Both the position numbers and the translations under genes were made by a program. The notes under the pieces are model-generated. The model was not told where the DNA came from. It worked only from the letters and a program-made list of their open reading frames with translations, and did not search any database. A DNA stretch of 64,000 nt from an uncultured Rhodobacterales bacterium (GTDB lineage Bacteria > Pseudomonadota > Alphaproteobacteria > Rhodobacterales > Rhodobacteraceae), in assembly GCA_964627355.1 (NCBI GenBank), contig CAZVIS010000001.1:37086-101085 (forward strand). Reading direction: 5' to 3'. Shown piece by piece: positions 62,274-64,000 of the stretch; positions within the stretch are counted from its first letter, which is position 1; every line of letters starts with the position of its first letter.

Positions 62274-62662
62274 GGTGCGAGCCTCCGCGCCGGGCGGATG
62301 CGGCTGGTGAAGCCGTGAACTGTCAGCGCGCCCAGCGCGTCATCAACCGACCGGACCAGCGCCCAACTGAGGCCTTGCGCGCAGACCGTGTCGCGGAAGA
62401 CCTCCTGCGACTTGCGCAGGCGGCCGGTCGGGCTCTTCACCTCGAGGAACAGGACGCGGCCGCCGGAGATCACGATCAGATCGGCAAAGCCGGTGTGCAC
62501 GCCCATGCCGACCAGGACGGACTGACGGGTCTGGCCACGCGCCCCGGCCTCCGTCACCTCGTTGGCGCAGTGATGGACGATGGCATCGCGGGGCAGGGCG
62601 ACGCGCAGCGCCTGGACGATGGCGCGCTGCGCGTCGGCTTCGGGAGTGCTGCGCCGGTTCAT
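62270..62662 (-). CDS. VRR-NUC domain nuclease, second copy
   Basis: GFADLIVISGGRVLFLEVKSPTGRLRKSQEVF. The ATG is at 62662. Confidence 0.75.
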   Translation of the reverse strand: MNRRSTPEADAQRAIVQALRVALPRDAIVHHCANEVTEAGARGQTRQSVLVGMGVHTGFADLIVISGGRVLFLEVKSPTGRLRKSQEVFRDTVCAQGLSWALVRSVDDALGALTVHGFTSRIRPARRLAP

Positions 62663-62925
62663 GCCACACCCCGGTTCCGGAAAGCGGCCTCGGCGATGGC
62701 ATGGAGGGGGCGGCGATCCAGTTCGCACAGGATGTCGATGGCGTCGGCGCATTCGCTGGCGCTGCTGGACTGCCCGGCGACGACACGGGCCGCCAGGATG
62801 ACCTGCGAGACCGGGTGCTGCGGGAGGTCAGCAAGGATCCCGCGCGCCTCCGTCAGGCGGTCCTGCATCCAGTCGCTGGTGTCACAGGTCGACATGACAG
62901 GCGGGTGGGTCAGGAGCCGGGTCAT
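62659..62925 (-). CDS. 88-aa conserved phage hypothetical protein, second copy
   Basis: An internal ATG at 62925 gives MTRLLTHPPVMSTCDTSDWMQDRLTEARG. Confidence 0.5.
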   Translation of the reverse strand: MTRLLTHPPVMSTCDTSDWMQDRLTEARGILADLPQHPVSQVILAARVVAGQSSSASECADAIDILCELDRRPLHAIAEAAFRNRGVA

Positions 62926-63170
62926 TTCCGCCCCCGCCGCACCTTGGACGGGCGGACCTGTTCCTGCGCGCTGATCCACTCCTGCACCGAGGTGCGGCGG
63001 TAGAGCACCTTCCGGCCGATCCGGGTGCAGGGTGGCCCGAGCTGACGCGCCTCCCACCGGGCGAGCGTGTCGGTGGCCAGCCCGAGTTCACCAGCAAGCT
63101 GTTCGCGGCTGATCCATTCTGCCAGCAGGTTCAGCGGCTGGTCCTGGCAGGCAGGGGCAGTGTCGTGCAT
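62922..63170 (-). CDS. AlpA/MerR-type HTH, excisionase-like, second copy
   Basis: The ATG at 63170 gives MHDTAPACQDQPLNLLAEWISREQLAGELGLATDTLARWEARQLGPP. Confidence 0.65.
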   Translation of the reverse strand: MHDTAPACQDQPLNLLAEWISREQLAGELGLATDTLARWEARQLGPPCTRIGRKVLYRRTSVQEWISAQEQVRPSKVRRGRK

Positions 63171-63813
63171 TTCGATCTCCCATCGAGAGCCCGGCGAAGG
63201 CCGGGGACGGGGAAGGGAAGCAGACAGAGGGAGCCGGAACCTAGGCGGAGACCGGAATGGGAACGGCGGGCTCAATTCCGGTCCTTGTTTCCTTGGGAAT
63301 CCTGCAGGCTGTCCGGAATTCGGACGAACTGCCGCCTGCCGCCGCAACGCCCTTTCCGGTCCTTGTGGCCAGAAACCTGCGCCGCGCGTCGTGACCAGTC
63401 GACGTCTGTCCGCTTCGGGCGTCAGGCCACGGGGAAGGGCAGGGGGACGAGGATCGGGCTCACGATCCGCAGCACAATCACCTTACGGCAACTCCCTCTG
63501 GACGACGAAAGGGCACAGTGCCGGGCACTTGGTGATCACAATTCGTTCACGTTTTGTCCTGAGAGCCCGGAGGGCTAGTGCACATTCTACTGGAAGGCGA
63601 GTAGCGTCCCTCTCGTCAGTTCAAGATGATTCTCTCCGCCATGACTTCCGGGCATCGGTGCTGTCGGCACCGGGTTCGACAAGCATGTCTGTCAGCAACA
63701 CCTTGGCGTGTTTCTGAACCGACCGCCTTGGGACAGGGGTCGGTCAGGACCACGATCCCGCGACACCCGGTGCTGACCCGGGCTTCGGACATCGTCGAAA
63801 GGACGCGCCTGCC

Positions 63814-64000
63814 ATGACCTTGCCTACACGAGCCTTCTTTTCCCTCAATGAGTTCTGCGACCGCCTGGAATGCTCCCATGCGGATGTTGCTGCCTGGTCG
63901 ATCAGCGGGCTCTTCTCCATCTTCACTGGCATCTCTCCGGTGCTCTGCGGCCTGCAGCCTGTGGCCGGGATCGTCGCCGTCAATGCGGCCGACATGATGA
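63814..64000 (+). CDS. 5' part of a hypothetical gene (paralog of 8680-9279); runs off the right edge
   Basis: My own translation from the ATG at 63814 is MTLPTRAFFSLNEFCDRLECSHADVAAWSISGLFSIF... There is no stop in the window. Confidence 0.5.
   Translation, partial: MTLPTRAFFSLNEFCDRLECSHADVAAWSISGLFSIFTGISPVLCGLQPVAGIVAVNAADMM

Larger units (their letters stand above)
19770..64000. mobile_element. Near-complete siphovirus-type prophage B (lysis, tail, head, terminase, MTases, defence cargo, early module); right end lies outside the window
   Basis: A contiguous minus-strand late operon runs from TerS (44691) to the spanins (19770). The early module at 59386-64000 is homologous to element A, so an integrase is expected just beyond 64000. 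Confidence 0.75.

Overview
This is a high-GC segment (mid-60s % by eye) that looks alphaproteobacterial, probably Rhodobacterales, because the distal tail genes are RcGTA-type. Almost all of it is mobile or accessory DNA. All product calls come from motif recognition by eye; no database search was run.

Layout:
1. 1-10565: right-hand (early/integration) arm of a prophage-like element, 'A'. On the minus strand it carries a partial DExH helicase, a 135-aa protein, an MmeI-family m6A methyltransferase and vapBC. These are followed by a conserved early module: a 226-aa protein, a C5-MTase, an iteron-bearing replication protein, VRR-NUC, an AlpA-like HTH, a 200-aa protein and a tyrosine integrase.
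2. 11041-14068: a low-GC two-gene island, a Dcm-type C5-MTase plus a 655-aa GHKL (MORC/MutL-like) ATPase with a nuclease-like C-terminus.
3. 14461-14507: a 47-nt 3' fragment of tRNA-fMet (att-type scar), followed by a hairpin.
4. 14714-19475: a translationally coupled accessory Hsp70 triad. It comprises a membrane-spanning J-like/peptidoglycan-binding protein, a GrpE-like protein and an 841-aa Hsp70-like ATPase. I consider this the most interesting uncharacterised candidate system.
5. 19770 to beyond 64000: a near-complete siphovirus prophage, 'B'. From left to right it has a lysis cassette, an RcGTA-like distal tail, a long tape measure, a G/GT chaperone with an A7 slippery site, and a lambda-like head (E, D, S49 protease, portal, W, TerL, Nu1-like TerS). 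Opposite-strand morons are inserted in the structural operon. Two ParB-MTase fusions follow, then a WYL protein and a type I R-M locus with an embedded Abi gene. Last comes a second, diverged copy of the same early module seen in element A.

The two sibling elements carry different defence-like cargo at exactly the same junction. No rRNA, CRISPR array or complete tRNA was seen.
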